DNA of 64,000 nucleotides from an uncultured Tenacibaculum sp. (GCA_947493285.1 CANLQH010000002.1:450062-514061); one strand, 5' to 3'. Shown: positions 9,571-19,833, counted from the first letter of the stretch. The notes: generated by a model from the letters alone, not told the origin. Translations and numbers: made by a program.

Positions 9571-11483
9571 ACTATCGGAAGCATTAAAGATACTTTTGTT
9601 CCGTTTGGTTTTCCTTTTTCATCAACCAAATCTACATACTCTAAAGAATAAGTATTTATAAATTCATTTGAAAAATTCTTTAGCCTTTCTTTTGTTAAAT
9701 CAATTCCTATCGACTTTCTGTTTAAAGACTTACTGTTCTTTATTTTAAAAGCAGCATCTCTACCGATACCGTTATCTATAATATTAATTTCGATAAATTC
9801 TTTTGAAAATTTCTCAATGGTTAAATCTACCTTCTTTTCTCCTTTCTTTGATGACAATCCGTGCCAAATAGCGTTTTCAAGAAAAGGCTGTAATACTAAT
9901 GGTGGTAATTTAATTCTCTCTAAATTTAAATCATCCGCAATATTTTCTTTATATGTTATTTCATTAGAGAATCGAATATTTTCAATACTCATGTAAAGAT
10001 TCATTGTTTTCAACTCTTCAGAAAGAGCAACTTCTTTTACTGTTGTAGATTCTAGAATATTACGAATTAGTTTAGAGAACTTATTTAAATAATAAACCGC
10101 ATTTTTCTGCTCATTATTTATAATATAAAGTTTAATTGAATTTAAAGCATTAAATACAAAATGTGGATTCATTTGAATTCTAAGCGCTTCTTGTTCTAAT
10201 AATAAAATCTGTTTGTCGTTTTTTAATAAACGTTGTCTGTAAATTGAATATAATAATACTCCAAATAAAGCAATAGAAACCAGCGAAATAATTAAAATGT
10301 TTCTATTTCTTAGTAGTTTAAGCTTTGAAATCTCATTCTCTCGTGCTAAACTTTTTAATTTATTATTACTTACTTCACTATCATATTTGTTAATTAAACT
10401 ATTTACATAACGAATGGTTTTAGCGTTAAATGTTTTATTTTTAACTTCAATTGATTTTTTAAAAAACTCTAAAGACTCCTTATAATTTCCTTCCTTCTCA
10501 TTTAGTTCAGATAAATGATCATATGATAATACTAAACTTGAGGGAATATTATTGTCTATCCCTATTTTTAGTGCTTTATCTAAATAGTCTCTGGATTCTT
10601 TTAACCTATTTAATTTTAAAAGCGACCATCCTAAAGTATTATAAACTTCAGATAAATAATACCTATTGCCTATTTCTTCTGCAGATTCAATAACTTCTGT
10701 AATATATTCGTAAGCTTCATTATATTTTCCTTGCTTAATTAAAATATCACTAATACTATTATGACATATAACTTTACCAAGCTTATCATTATTTAACCTG
10801 TTGTATTCTAAAGATTTTTGATAATTTTCTAAAGCTAAGTCTAAGTCTCCAATATTCTTGTGCGCGTACCCAATGTTTTGATGATTAATCGCTAGTCCCC
10901 TGCGGTCTTCTAATTGTTTTTGAAGCGCAATAGACTCGCTAAACTTTTCTAAGGCTCTTTCATATTGACCTAGCGTTAAATATATATTACCAATACTATT
11001 AATTGTAATACTATTACTAATCTTTATATCGTTAGTAGGATTTTCTACTTTTAAAATAATATCTAATGCTGATTGATGGTAATTTAAAGCTCCTCTTATT
11101 TTATCTTGTCTTCTACAGACTACTCCTAATTGATTTAAAGTTACAATTTCAGCTTCTATACTTTTTATCTCCTTAGATAAATTTAAAGCTTCCTTATACT
11201 TTTCAACAGCTTTATTATACTCAGTTACATTTCTATGTGAACGTCCTTGAACATTTCTAGCAAAAATCTCACCTATTACATAGTTGTTTTTTTGACTTTC
11301 ATTTAAAAGTTTTTCTATTTGTTCCTCTTTAAAACGTACTCTTTTAAAATGCTTTTGAAGTTTAAAATAACTTGATTCTTTTTTTTCAATTGCTGAGACA
11401 ATTAAACTATCTACATTCTTTTTTTGAGAAAAGCTTAATGTTGAAATTAAAAATAATAATATGGAAGTGTAAATAAATTTCAT
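9567..11483 (-). CDS. TPR-repeat periplasmic sensor histidine kinase (LytS-type His_kinase)
   Basis: Signal peptide, many TPR-like helices (TLNQLGVV, INSIGNIY, NHQNIGYAH), one TM segment, ALRIQMNPHFVFNALNSIK, LQPFLENAIWHG, IIDNGIGR. Confidence 0.9.
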   Translation of the reverse strand: MKFIYTSILLFLISTLSFSQKKNVDSLIVSAIEKKESSYFKLQKHFKRVRFKEEQIEKLLNESQKNNYVIGEIFARNVQGRSHRNVTEYNKAVEKYKEALNLSKEIKSIEAEIVTLNQLGVVCRRQDKIRGALNYHQSALDIILKVENPTNDIKISNSITINSIGNIYLTLGQYERALEKFSESIALQKQLEDRRGLAINHQNIGYAHKNIGDLDLALENYQKSLEYNRLNNDKLGKVICHNSISDILIKQGKYNEAYEYITEVIESAEEIGNRYYLSEVYNTLGWSLLKLNRLKESRDYLDKALKIGIDNNIPSSLVLSYDHLSELNEKEGNYKESLEFFKKSIEVKNKTFNAKTIRYVNSLINKYDSEVSNNKLKSLARENEISKLKLLRNRNILIISLVSIALFGVLLYSIYRQRLLKNDKQILLLEQEALRIQMNPHFVFNALNSIKLYIINNEQKNAVYYLNKFSKLIRNILESTTVKEVALSEELKTMNLYMSIENIRFSNEITYKENIADDLNLERIKLPPLVLQPFLENAIWHGLSSKKGEKKVDLTIEKFSKEFIEINIIDNGIGRDAAFKIKNSKSLNRKSIGIDLTKERLKNFSNEFINTYSLEYVDLVDEKGKPNGTKVSLMLPIV

Positions 11484-11484
11484 T

Positions 11485-12219
11485 TTAAAACTTTTCTAAG
11501 AAATCAGATTTTCTTTGACGTGATACAGGTATTTTATGGTTGTCTTCTAAAATCACATATCCATCAGACTTTAAGAACTCTTTTATTTTATTTAAATTTA
11601 TGACAAATGAATTATGGATTCTAAAAAAATGTTCATCAGGAAGCAATTCATTTATTTCTTTCAACTTTTTAGTAACCACAATTTTTTTATTTAATGTTGT
11701 GTGAATTGAACAATAGTTCCCATCTGATTCTACAAATAAAATTTCTGATTGATCTAAGAAAATAAGTTTTCCATCAGTATTAATAGTTATTTTTCTTCTA
11801 TTAAACTTCTGAGTAAAGCTGGATAATATTTTTTCGAATTTCTCACTGCTATTATTCTTACTATTATGATTTTTAATCCTATTAATAGTAGCTTCTAAAT
11901 CATCTGTATCGATTGGTTTTAACAAATAATCAATTGCTTCGTTTTTTAAAGCTTTAATTGCGTACTCATTATATGCTGTTGTAATAACTACCGCGAAATC
12001 CCTTTTATTTAATTTCTCTAATAATTGAAAGCCATCCATAGTTGGCATTTCAATATCTAAAAAAAGACAATCAATTGAACTCTCGTTAATATGTTTTATT
12101 GCTTTGTCTGCTTCTGTAAACGTATTTATAATTTCAATATCTTTATCAAAATTTGATAATTCCCAGGAAAGACTTTGTATAGCCTTTGGCTCATCATCAA
12201 CAATAATTGCTCTTAACAT
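11485..12219 (-). CDS. LytTR-family response regulator
   Basis: Start moved to MLRAIIVDDE; LFLDIEMPTMDG, TTAYNEYA, YLLKP; LytTR FFRIHNSFVINL, IPVSRQRK. Confidence 0.93.
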   Translation of the reverse strand: MLRAIIVDDEPKAIQSLSWELSNFDKDIEIINTFTEADKAIKHINESSIDCLFLDIEMPTMDGFQLLEKLNKRDFAVVITTAYNEYAIKALKNEAIDYLLKPIDTDDLEATINRIKNHNSKNNSSEKFEKILSSFTQKFNRRKITINTDGKLIFLDQSEILFVESDGNYCSIHTTLNKKIVVTKKLKEINELLPDEHFFRIHNSFVINLNKIKEFLKSDGYVILEDNHKIPVSRQRKSDFLEKF

Positions 12220-12330
12220 TTTGTAGGGATTTTCACCAAATGTAACTGATATAAGTGTAAAATTAAAATACCACATCAGTCTTTTACCCTATAGTTGAGT
12301 TCTCCTTTTACTTAAAAAAAAAGAATACCT

Positions 12331-12401
12331 ACCATTTATACATAAAATCAAACCATTTACACAAAAATAGATTTTAAAAATATTTTTTAACCTCATATTT
12401 G
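12331..12401 (+). promoter_or_regulatory. LytTR-type direct-repeat operator and -7 promoter element (unit A)
   Basis: ACCATTTATAC (12331) and ACCATTTACAC (12352), 21-bp period; CATATTTG at 12394, 42 bp after the second box. Confidence 0.75.
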
Positions 12402-12405
12402 CAGT

Positions 12406-12495
12406 ATAATACACAAGGGGATCATATTGATAAATTGGGGGATTAATCAATAATGACAAAATTTAAAAGACATCGTTATATAACGATGTCTTTTT
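12406..12495 (+). ncRNA. Candidate G-loop sRNA copy A
   Basis: 57-nt core identical to copy B; AAGGGGAT plus hairpin with TGGGGG loop; terminator AAAAGACATCGTT/AACGATGTCTTTTT at 12465-12495. Confidence 0.7.
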
Positions 12496-12528
12496 ATTTA
12501 TAACAAAATTACTTCTACCCTTTAATTT

Positions 12529-12599
12529 ACCATTTATACAAAAAATACTACCAACTATACATAACCATTTTTACCAAGTCTTTATTTATTACATATTTG
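12529..12599 (+). promoter_or_regulatory. LytTR-type direct-repeat operator and -7 promoter element (unit B)
   Basis: ACCATTTATAC (12529) and ACCAACTATAC (12550), 21-bp period; CATATTTG at 12592, again 42 bp after the second box. Confidence 0.72.
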
Positions 12600-12603
12600 T
12601 AGC

Positions 12604-12694
12604 ATAATACACAAGGGGATCATATTGATAAATTGGGGGATTAATCAATAATGACAAAATCAAAAAAAGCATTACATAGCGTAATGCTTTTTTT
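12604..12694 (+). ncRNA. Candidate G-loop sRNA copy B
   Basis: 57-nt core 12604-12660 identical to 12406-12462; different terminator AAAAAAAGCATTAC/GTAATGCTTTTTTT at 12662-12694. Confidence 0.7.
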
Positions 12695-12731
12695 ATGCAA
12701 CAATTTAAAATAAAAACTTTTTGATATACAA

Positions 12732-12762
12732 AAAAGCTCAAACGTTAAACGTTTGAGCTTTT
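12732..12762 (-). terminator. rplU-rpmA terminator
   Basis: AAAAGCTCAAACG/CGTTTGAGCTTTT inverted repeat downstream of rpmA. Confidence 0.8.
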
Positions 12763-12785
12763 AATCTATCTAATCAATTAGTTTC

Positions 12786-13046
12786 TTAAGCCTCGAATGG
12801 AGTTACTGAAACGTATGATTTGTTGTCTCTTTTCTTTCTGAATTCAACTACACCATCAACCTTAGCATGTAAAGTATGATCTTTCCCCATATAAACATTT
12901 TCACCTGGGTTGTGAGTTGTTCCTCTTTGACGAACGATAATGTTACCTGCAATAGCAGCTTGTCCTCCAAAAATCTTTACTCCTAGTCGTTTCGATTCTG
13001 ATTCTCTACCATTCTTCGAACTACCGACACCTTTTTTATGAGCCAT
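12786..13046 (-). CDS. rpmA: 50S ribosomal protein bL27
   Basis: [24 protein letters not shown]. Confidence 0.98.
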   Translation of the reverse strand: MAHKKGVGSSKNGRESESKRLGVKIFGGQAAIAGNIIVRQRGTTHNPGENVYMGKDHTLHAKVDGVVEFRKKRDNKSYVSVTPFEA

Positions 13047-13068
13047 CTCTCTAAGTTTTTAAAGTTAA

Positions 13069-13554
13069 TTATTTGCTTAACGCTTCAATTAATTCAGCTT
13101 TCTTTAAAGAAGTGTATCCTTTAATACCTGCTTCTTTAGCTGCAGTTTTTAATTCTGCAACAGTCATTGAACTTAAATCAGTCGCTTCTGCTTTTGGTTC
13201 AGCTTTAGGAGCTTCTTTCTTAGCAGCTGCCTTTTTAGCACCTGAAACAGAAATTCCTTCAATTTGAATTTCAGTTAAATACTGTCTATGTCCATTTTTC
13301 TTTTTGTAACCTTTTCTTCTTTTTTTCTTGAAAACGATTACTTTATCACCTTTTAAGTGACCTAATACCTTTGCAGTTACTCCTGCACCTGCTATAGCTG
13401 GGGCGCCAATAGTTACGTTACCTTTATCTTCAACAAGCATTACATTATCAAAAGTTACTTTTGATCCTTCTGCCTCTTGTAAACGGTGTACGTATACTTT
13501 TTGGTCTTTTGCTACTTTAAATTGCTGCCCTGCTATCTCTACGATTGCGTACAT
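13069..13554 (-). CDS. rplU: 50S ribosomal protein bL21 with C-terminal Rho-N-like helical extension
   Basis: [29 protein letters not shown]; Ala/Lys linker then [34 protein letters not shown]. Confidence 0.96.
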   Translation of the reverse strand: MYAIVEIAGQQFKVAKDQKVYVHRLQEAEGSKVTFDNVMLVEDKGNVTIGAPAIAGAGVTAKVLGHLKGDKVIVFKKKRRKGYKKKNGHRQYLTEIQIEGISVSGAKKAAAKKEAPKAEPKAEATDLSSMTVAELKTAAKEAGIKGYTSLKKAELIEALSK

Positions 13555-13761
13555 ACTTTTTGTTTTGCGTTATACTTTATACACTTTCTTAGTGAAAATG
13601 CGGATGCAAATATACGAGTTTTTCAACAACAAACAACCTACAGTTCAGAAAATTACTTACTCTCTTATAAATTTTAAATATTTTTTCACTCATAAACGTA
13701 ACGAATGAGTTAATTTCACGTCAGATATATCAAAATCAGTTAAAAACTAAAAAATTTATTA

Positions 13762-15084
13762 ATGAAAAAAAGTGTTTTATCTCTTGCTTCAGCTATGTTA
13801 TTTGCATTTTCTGCAAATGCACAAAAAGTGGAGTTTGAAGAGTACGATTTAAGTAATGGAATGCATGTTATTTTGCATCAAGACAATTCAGCTCCTGTAG
13901 TTACTGTTGGAGTAATGTACCATGTTGGTTCAAAAGATGAAGTTGAAGGAAAAACAGGAATGGCTCACTTTTACGAGCATTTATTATTTACTGGAACCAA
14001 AAATATTGGTCGTGGTGAATGGAGTAAAATTGTAGCTGCTAACGGTGGTGCAGGTAATGCAAACACAACTTGGGATAGAACTTACTATTACGAAACCTTT
14101 CCATCAAATAATTTAGAATTAGGATTATGGATGGAATCTGAGCGTTTATTACACCCTACTATCGATCAAAAAGCAGTAGATACACAAAATGAAGTTGTAA
14201 AAGAAGAAAAACGTCAACGTATGGATAATGCTCCTTATGGAAAAATTATTTATGGTGATGTATACCGTCATATCTTTGACAAGCACAACTACAAAAACTC
14301 TTTAATAGGTTCTATGGAAGATTTAGATGGTGCTACTTTAGAGGAATTCAAAGCTTTTTACGACAAATGGTATATGCCAAACAATGCTGTTTTAGTTGTT
14401 GCGGGTGATTTTGAAACAAAAAACACTAAAAAGTTAATCAAAAATTATTTCGAATCTATTCCTGCTAGAACACTTCCAAAGCGTGTAACTACTGTTGAAC
14501 CAGAAAGAACACAAGAAAAAAGAGTAAAAGAATATGATTCTAATATTCAATTGCCTGCTATTTTATTAGCTCACAAAACACCTGCAATGAAAGAGCGTGA
14601 TGCTAAGGTGCTAGACGTAATTTCAACTATTTTAAGTAACGGAAAAAGTTCTAGACTATACAAAAAGTTAGTAGACGATAAGAAAAAAGCATTACAGGTT
14701 TTTTCTTTTGCTAGAAACTTAGAAGATTATAGTGTTTATAATATTGGAGCAATTCCTTTAGGTAAAACATCATTAGAAGACTTAATAAAAGAAATGGATG
14801 AAGAAATTTTAAAACTTCAAACCGAATTAATTTCTGATAAAGACTTACAAAAAGTTCGTAATAAGTTCGAAAATAATTTTGTTGCATCTAATTCTAATGT
14901 ACAAGGTATCGCTAATTCTTTAGCTAGAAACTATATGTTAATAGGAAACACTAATAACATTAATAAAGAATTAGAAATCGTAAATTCTATTACTAAAGAA
15001 GAAATTAGAGCGGTAGCTAAAAAGTATTTAGCAAAAGACCGAAGAATCGTAATTGAATATTTACCAGAATCAAAAAAGAAATAA
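13762..15084 (+). CDS. M16-family (pitrilysin-like) zinc peptidase, catalytic subunit
   Basis: Signal peptide; HFYEH (HXXEH); NANTTWDRTYY. Confidence 0.92.
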   Translation: MKKSVLSLASAMLFAFSANAQKVEFEEYDLSNGMHVILHQDNSAPVVTVGVMYHVGSKDEVEGKTGMAHFYEHLLFTGTKNIGRGEWSKIVAANGGAGNANTTWDRTYYYETFPSNNLELGLWMESERLLHPTIDQKAVDTQNEVVKEEKRQRMDNAPYGKIIYGDVYRHIFDKHNYKNSLIGSMEDLDGATLEEFKAFYDKWYMPNNAVLVVAGDFETKNTKKLIKNYFESIPARTLPKRVTTVEPERTQEKRVKEYDSNIQLPAILLAHKTPAMKERDAKVLDVISTILSNGKSSRLYKKLVDDKKKALQVFSFARNLEDYSVYNIGAIPLGKTSLEDLIKEMDEEILKLQTELISDKDLQKVRNKFENNFVASNSNVQGIANSLARNYMLIGNTNNINKELEIVNSITKEEIRAVAKKYLAKDRRIVIEYLPESKKK

Positions 15085-15102
15085 TCATCTAAACTGAATT
15101 TA

Positions 15103-17166
15103 ATGAAAACGAAAATATTATCAATCGTTACAATATTATTTCTATCATTTACTGTTTCAGCACAGATTGATAGAACAAAGCAACCTAAACCAGGACCTGC
15201 TCCAAAAATAAACTTAGGAACTCCTGAAAAATTCACTTTAAAAAATGGATTACAAGTTTTAGTTGTTGAAAATCATAAACTACCTAGAGTAACAGCTACT
15301 TTATCTATCGACAATCCACCAATGTCTTTTGGTAACAAAAAAGGAGTTGAAAATCTATTAAGTGGTATGTTAGGTACTGGTTCTAAAAATACTCCTAAAG
15401 CAAAATTTGATCAAGAAGTTGATTTCTTAGGTGCTAACATTTCTTTTTGGAATGAAGGTGCAAGAGCTAGCTCATTATCAAAGTACTTTCCTAAAGTTTT
15501 AGGTTTAATGGCTGATGCTGCTTTTAATCCTGTTTTTGAGCAAGGTGAGTTTGATAAACAAATGAAACAATCTCTTGACGGAATAAAAAGCAATGCTAAA
15601 AATGTAAAAGCTATTGCTAGAAGAGTAGAAAACGCTCTTACTTACGGTAAGAATCACCCTTATGGTGAGTTTACTTCTGAAGAAACTTTAAAAAATGTAA
15701 CATTACAAGACGTAAAAGACCTGTATAACAAAACTTACAAGCCAAATAATGCCTATTTAGTTATTATCGGTGATGTAAATTTTAAAGAGGTTAAAACTCA
15801 AGTTGAATCTTTATTTGGTAACTGGGCTAAAGGAAACTTAGTTGCTCAAACCTTACCTAAAGTAGAAAATCCTACAACTACAGAAATCGACTTTATTAAT
15901 ATGCCTAACGCTGTTCAATCTGAATTAGCAGTTATAAATGCTGTTGATTTAAAAATGGGTGATAAAGATTATTACGCAGCTTTATTAGCCAACCAAATTC
16001 TTGGTGGTGGTGGTACTGGTAGATTGTATAAAAATTTACGTGAAGACAAAGGGTACACATATGGTGCTTATTCTGGTATTGGAGATGATAGATATGCTTC
16101 AAGATTCAAAGCTTCTGCTTCAGTAAGAAACATGGTTACCGATAGTGCTATGGTTGAAGCAATGAAAGAAATCAACAAATTACGCTACAAAAAAGCAACA
16201 CAAGAAGAATTAGATATTGCAAAGGCTAAATACATTGGTTCTTTTGTAAGAAATGTTGAAAAACCAAGAACAGTAGCAAACTATGCTTTAAATATTTTAA
16301 CTAATAAATTATCTAAAGATTACTACAAGAACTATCTTAAAAATATTAATGCAGTTACTTTAGAAGATGTTCAAAATGCAGCTCTTAAATATTTTAGAGG
16401 TGATAAATCTCGTATTATTATTACTGGTAAAGGAATGGATGTTTTAAAGAACTTAGAAAAAACAGCTGATTATAAAATCAACTATTTTGATGCTAATGGA
16501 AATCCAACTACAAAGCCAGAAATGACTAAAGCAATTCCTGCTGGTGTTACTAAAGCTACTGTAATTAATAAATATTTAGATGCTATTGGTGGTGCTGATA
16601 AAATTAAAGGTTTAAAATCTTCTATGACAGTTTACGAAGGTTCTGCAATGGGTAATACTATTCAATCTACAGAAAAAAGAACTCCTACAAATTCATCTAC
16701 TGCAATTTCAATGGGCGGAAATGTTATGCAAAAGGTTTTAGTTAATAAAAATGCTGTTACTATGAATGGACAACCATTGCCTCCTATGATGGCAGATATG
16801 TCTAAAGACATGGCTAAAACATTAGGTACTTTTATAGAAGTTTCATTTTTAAACAATCCTGAAACTAAATTAACAGGAATAGAGAACATTAATGGTAGCG
16901 AAGTTTATGTAATTACACAAAAAGGAAAAATGGTAACTATTACAAGTTATTATGATGCTAAAACTGGTTTAAAAATTAAAGAAGTTCAAACAATTAATAT
17001 TGGCGGAAGAACTCAAAACCAAGAAGCAACTTTTAGTGATTATAAAGATTTTGGTGGTGTAAAATTCGCAACTAAAAAAACAGGCTCTATGGCTGGCCAA
17101 AAATTAAACTTTATATTAAAAGATGCTAAAGTAAACGAAGGCGTTTCTGATGCTGATTTTAAATAA
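15103..17166 (+). CDS. M16-family peptidase, non-catalytic partner with C-terminal extension
   Basis: Signal peptide; LKNGLQVLVVENHKLP; NLREDKGYTYG; no HXXEH; about 220-aa beta-rich tail. Confidence 0.88.
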   Translation: MKTKILSIVTILFLSFTVSAQIDRTKQPKPGPAPKINLGTPEKFTLKNGLQVLVVENHKLPRVTATLSIDNPPMSFGNKKGVENLLSGMLGTGSKNTPKAKFDQEVDFLGANISFWNEGARASSLSKYFPKVLGLMADAAFNPVFEQGEFDKQMKQSLDGIKSNAKNVKAIARRVENALTYGKNHPYGEFTSEETLKNVTLQDVKDLYNKTYKPNNAYLVIIGDVNFKEVKTQVESLFGNWAKGNLVAQTLPKVENPTTTEIDFINMPNAVQSELAVINAVDLKMGDKDYYAALLANQILGGGGTGRLYKNLREDKGYTYGAYSGIGDDRYASRFKASASVRNMVTDSAMVEAMKEINKLRYKKATQEELDIAKAKYIGSFVRNVEKPRTVANYALNILTNKLSKDYYKNYLKNINAVTLEDVQNAALKYFRGDKSRIIITGKGMDVLKNLEKTADYKINYFDANGNPTTKPEMTKAIPAGVTKATVINKYLDAIGGADKIKGLKSSMTVYEGSAMGNTIQSTEKRTPTNSSTAISMGGNVMQKVLVNKNAVTMNGQPLPPMMADMSKDMAKTLGTFIEVSFLNNPETKLTGIENINGSEVYVITQKGKMVTITSYYDAKTGLKIKEVQTINIGGRTQNQEATFSDYKDFGGVKFATKKTGSMAGQKLNFILKDAKVNEGVSDADFK

Positions 17167-17219
17167 TTAAAATATCTTTTCAAATTATTAAAGAGTCAAA
17201 GCCTATGCTTTGGCTCTTT

Positions 17220-18092
17220 TTATTTTGCCTTATTTACCAACCAAACCCCAAATAAAATTACGCCACCAGCTAACAACTGTATAACACTCAATTTTTCTCC
17301 ATCAATTATTCCCCAAACAACCGCTACAATTGGGATTAAATAGGTTACAGAAGATGCAAAAATCGGCGAGGAAATATGAACTAAATCATTAAATATCACC
17401 TTAGCGATTGCGGTTCCTAAAACCGATAAAATAATTATATATAATAATGCTGGTTTGGTTTCTGAATTCAATTCAAACTCCGTAAAAAAACCTGTATAAC
17501 CCAATATTATCAAAACAGGAATAATTATTAATAAAAAATGACCAACTGTAATGGAAAGTCCATCTAAGTCATGTAAATGTTTCTTTATAATATTTACATT
17601 AAAGGCATAACCAACTGAAGAAATAATTGGCAATAAGGCATACCAATAATTCTGATCAGGGTTTAAATCAGCTCCTTTTACAATTAAAACAAGTGTTCCT
17701 ATCAAACCGATTAAAATTCCTGTAAACTGACTTTTTTTAAAAGTAAAACCAAACACCAAAGCTCCAATGATAAAAGTATTAAACGGTGTTAACGAGTTTA
17801 ATATTGATGCTATAGAACTATCAATACCCTTAATAGCATAAGCGAACAAAAAAGCAGGAAAAAAAGTTCCTACTAAAGAACTAGCTAAAACATATTTCCA
17901 ATGTCTTTTTTTTATTTTTTGTAGACTTTTATATCCAACAATAAGTATAAATATAGCAGCAAAAAAAGTTCGTAAAGCAGCTACCTGTATTGGAGATATA
18001 CTTATTAGTGCCTTTTTCATTAAAATAAAAGAGCTTCCCCAAACTAGCGAAAGCACTATTAAATACAACCATTTTCGTTGTTGAACACTCAT
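17220..18092 (-). CDS. DMT/EamA-family transporter
   Basis: Start moved to MSVQQRKW; LSLVWGSSF; ten hydrophobic segments; VTYLIPIVA. Confidence 0.9.
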   Translation of the reverse strand: MSVQQRKWLYLIVLSLVWGSSFILMKKALISISPIQVAALRTFFAAIFILIVGYKSLQKIKKRHWKYVLASSLVGTFFPAFLFAYAIKGIDSSIASILNSLTPFNTFIIGALVFGFTFKKSQFTGILIGLIGTLVLIVKGADLNPDQNYWYALLPIISSVGYAFNVNIIKKHLHDLDGLSITVGHFLLIIIPVLIILGYTGFFTEFELNSETKPALLYIIILSVLGTAIAKVIFNDLVHISSPIFASSVTYLIPIVAVVWGIIDGEKLSVIQLLAGGVILFGVWLVNKAK

Positions 18093-18181
18093 TCTCAATC
18101 TATTTAAGTACAAAAGTCGGGTATTTCTATTTATAAATTTGATTTTATTAATAACTTTGCCAAATAACTCAATAAACAAAG

Positions 18182-18706
18182 ATGATGAAAATTCAAAAAA
18201 TAATATTCGCTTTAGCTTTTGTAAGTTTTTTAGCTGTTGGTTGTAAAAATGACGTTAAAAAAGATGAAGTTACTAAAGAACAAAAAACAGCAGTTGCTGC
18301 AAATGCAAAAGAACTTTCTTTAAACATTTCTGGAATGACTTGTGAGATAGGGTGTGCTAAAAAAATCGCTTCAGATTTAAATAAAAAAGAAGGTGTTTTA
18401 GAAGCTAATGTTGTTTTTAAAGATAGCATTGCAACTATAAAATACGACTCTAACATTACAAACAAAGCAGATTTAATTGCTTTTGTTGAAGGTATTGGTA
18501 GCGGAGATATGTACAAAGCTGCTGAAGGAGCTAAAAAAGTTTGCGAGAAAGATTGCAAAAAAGATTGTGGAGCAAAAACAGATGCTGAAGCTAAAGCTTG
18601 CAAAACAAACTGTAAAATGGCTTGTTGCTCAGAAAAAACTGAAGACAAAAAAGCTTGTGAAGAAGATTGCAAAAAAGAATGCTGCGCAGAAACTAAAAAA
18701 GCATAA
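18182..18706 (+). CDS. Heavy-metal-associated (HMA) domain lipoprotein with Cys-rich tail
   Basis: Lipobox LAVGC; ISGMTCEIGCAKKI; tail with repeated CxxxC and CC motifs. Confidence 0.85.
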   Translation: MMKIQKIIFALAFVSFLAVGCKNDVKKDEVTKEQKTAVAANAKELSLNISGMTCEIGCAKKIASDLNKKEGVLEANVVFKDSIATIKYDSNITNKADLIAFVEGIGSGDMYKAAEGAKKVCEKDCKKDCGAKTDAEAKACKTNCKMACCSEKTEDKKACEEDCKKECCAETKKA

Positions 18707-18792
18707 TTCAAGTTTTAATATAAAAATCAAGCTCCTTAATTAAGGAGCTTTTTTTATGCGTTTATCTTATCTTTGTAAAAACTTTTCTTCTG

Positions 18793-19833
18793 ATGAAAAA
18801 ACACTTTCCTCTCATAGTAAAAATTGCATTAATTTCAGTTTATCTTATTTTTTTAGCAGGATCTGTAGTTCGTATGACAGGATCAGGAATGGGGTGTCCT
18901 GATTGGCCAAAATGCTTTGGTTATTATATACCTCCAACATCTGAAGAACAAATTACTTGGCAGCCAAATACTGAGTATGAAGAAGGAATGATTATCGTTA
19001 AAGATGAAGCACTGTTTGTTGCTGAAAACAATTTAAAAACATCTGAAGAATTCAATTCTAATAATTGGACAAAATACACCAAACACAGTTATGCTAAATT
19101 CAACAAGTTTCATACTTGGACAGAATATATCAATCGATTAAGTTCTGCTTTAGCTGGAATTCCATTTTTGTTTTTAATTTTTGTTTCTACTAAATTTTGG
19201 AGAGAGAAGAAACTAATAACACTCTTATCTTTCGGAGCTTTCTTTTTAATGCTTTTTGAAGCTTGGTTAGGTAAAACAGTGGTTGATTCTAACTTAAAAC
19301 CAACCATTATTACAATTCATATGGTAGCTGGTTTAGTTATTGTCGCTTTGTTATTATGGCTGTTATTTATAGTTTCTGATCGTAAAAAAACAACTTATAA
19401 ATTCAACTCACTATTTAGTAAACTCGTAATTATATCGGCTGTTTTTTCGTTAATTCAAATAGCAATGGGTACTCAAGTTCGTCAATTTATTGATGAACAA
19501 GTAAAACTATTTGGTTTCGACAATAAACAGTTTAGCTTACTAGAACCTAATTTTAAATTCTATTTTCATCGCTCTTTTACTATTGCGATAGTCTTAATTA
19601 ATCTTGGTATATTCTATTTAAACCAAGTTAAGAATTTAGGATACAAACTAGTAAATTGGATTGTTTTCTTAATCTTTTTAGAAACGATTACTGGTATTTT
19701 AATGTACTATGCCGAATTCCCATTAGGAACACAAGCTATCCATTTACTTTCTGGAGCAGTATTATTTGGATTACAATTTTATTTGTGGTTGCAGAGTAGA
19801 AAAACTAACGATACATTTCTAAAACAATCTTAA
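18793..19833 (+). CDS. ctaA: Heme A synthase (COX15/CtaA)
   Basis: GSVVRMTGSGMGCPDWPKC, WTEYINR, TIHM, FHR, QAIHL. Confidence 0.92.
   Translation: MKKHFPLIVKIALISVYLIFLAGSVVRMTGSGMGCPDWPKCFGYYIPPTSEEQITWQPNTEYEEGMIIVKDEALFVAENNLKTSEEFNSNNWTKYTKHSYAKFNKFHTWTEYINRLSSALAGIPFLFLIFVSTKFWREKKLITLLSFGAFFLMLFEAWLGKTVVDSNLKPTIITIHMVAGLVIVALLLWLLFIVSDRKKTTYKFNSLFSKLVIISAVFSLIQIAMGTQVRQFIDEQVKLFGFDNKQFSLLEPNFKFYFHRSFTIAIVLINLGIFYLNQVKNLGYKLVNWIVFLIFLETITGILMYYAEFPLGTQAIHLLSGAVLFGLQFYLWLQSRKTNDTFLKQS

Noticed and set aside
12331-12694. CRISPR array or MITE reading of the duplicated 57-nt core
   Set aside because: Only two copies; the intervening DNA is promoter plus terminator with conserved spacing rather than unique spacers; no cas genes, terminal inverted repeats or target duplications
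12453-12713. Micro-ORFs MTKFKRHRYITMSFYL (12453-12503) and MTKSKKALHSVMLFLCNNLK (12651-12713)
   Set aside because: They diverge after three codons and run through the terminators; identity between the copies lies upstream of the ATG
18193-18711. 172-aa minus-strand ORF
   Set aside because: Antisense shadow of the HMA lipoprotein gene
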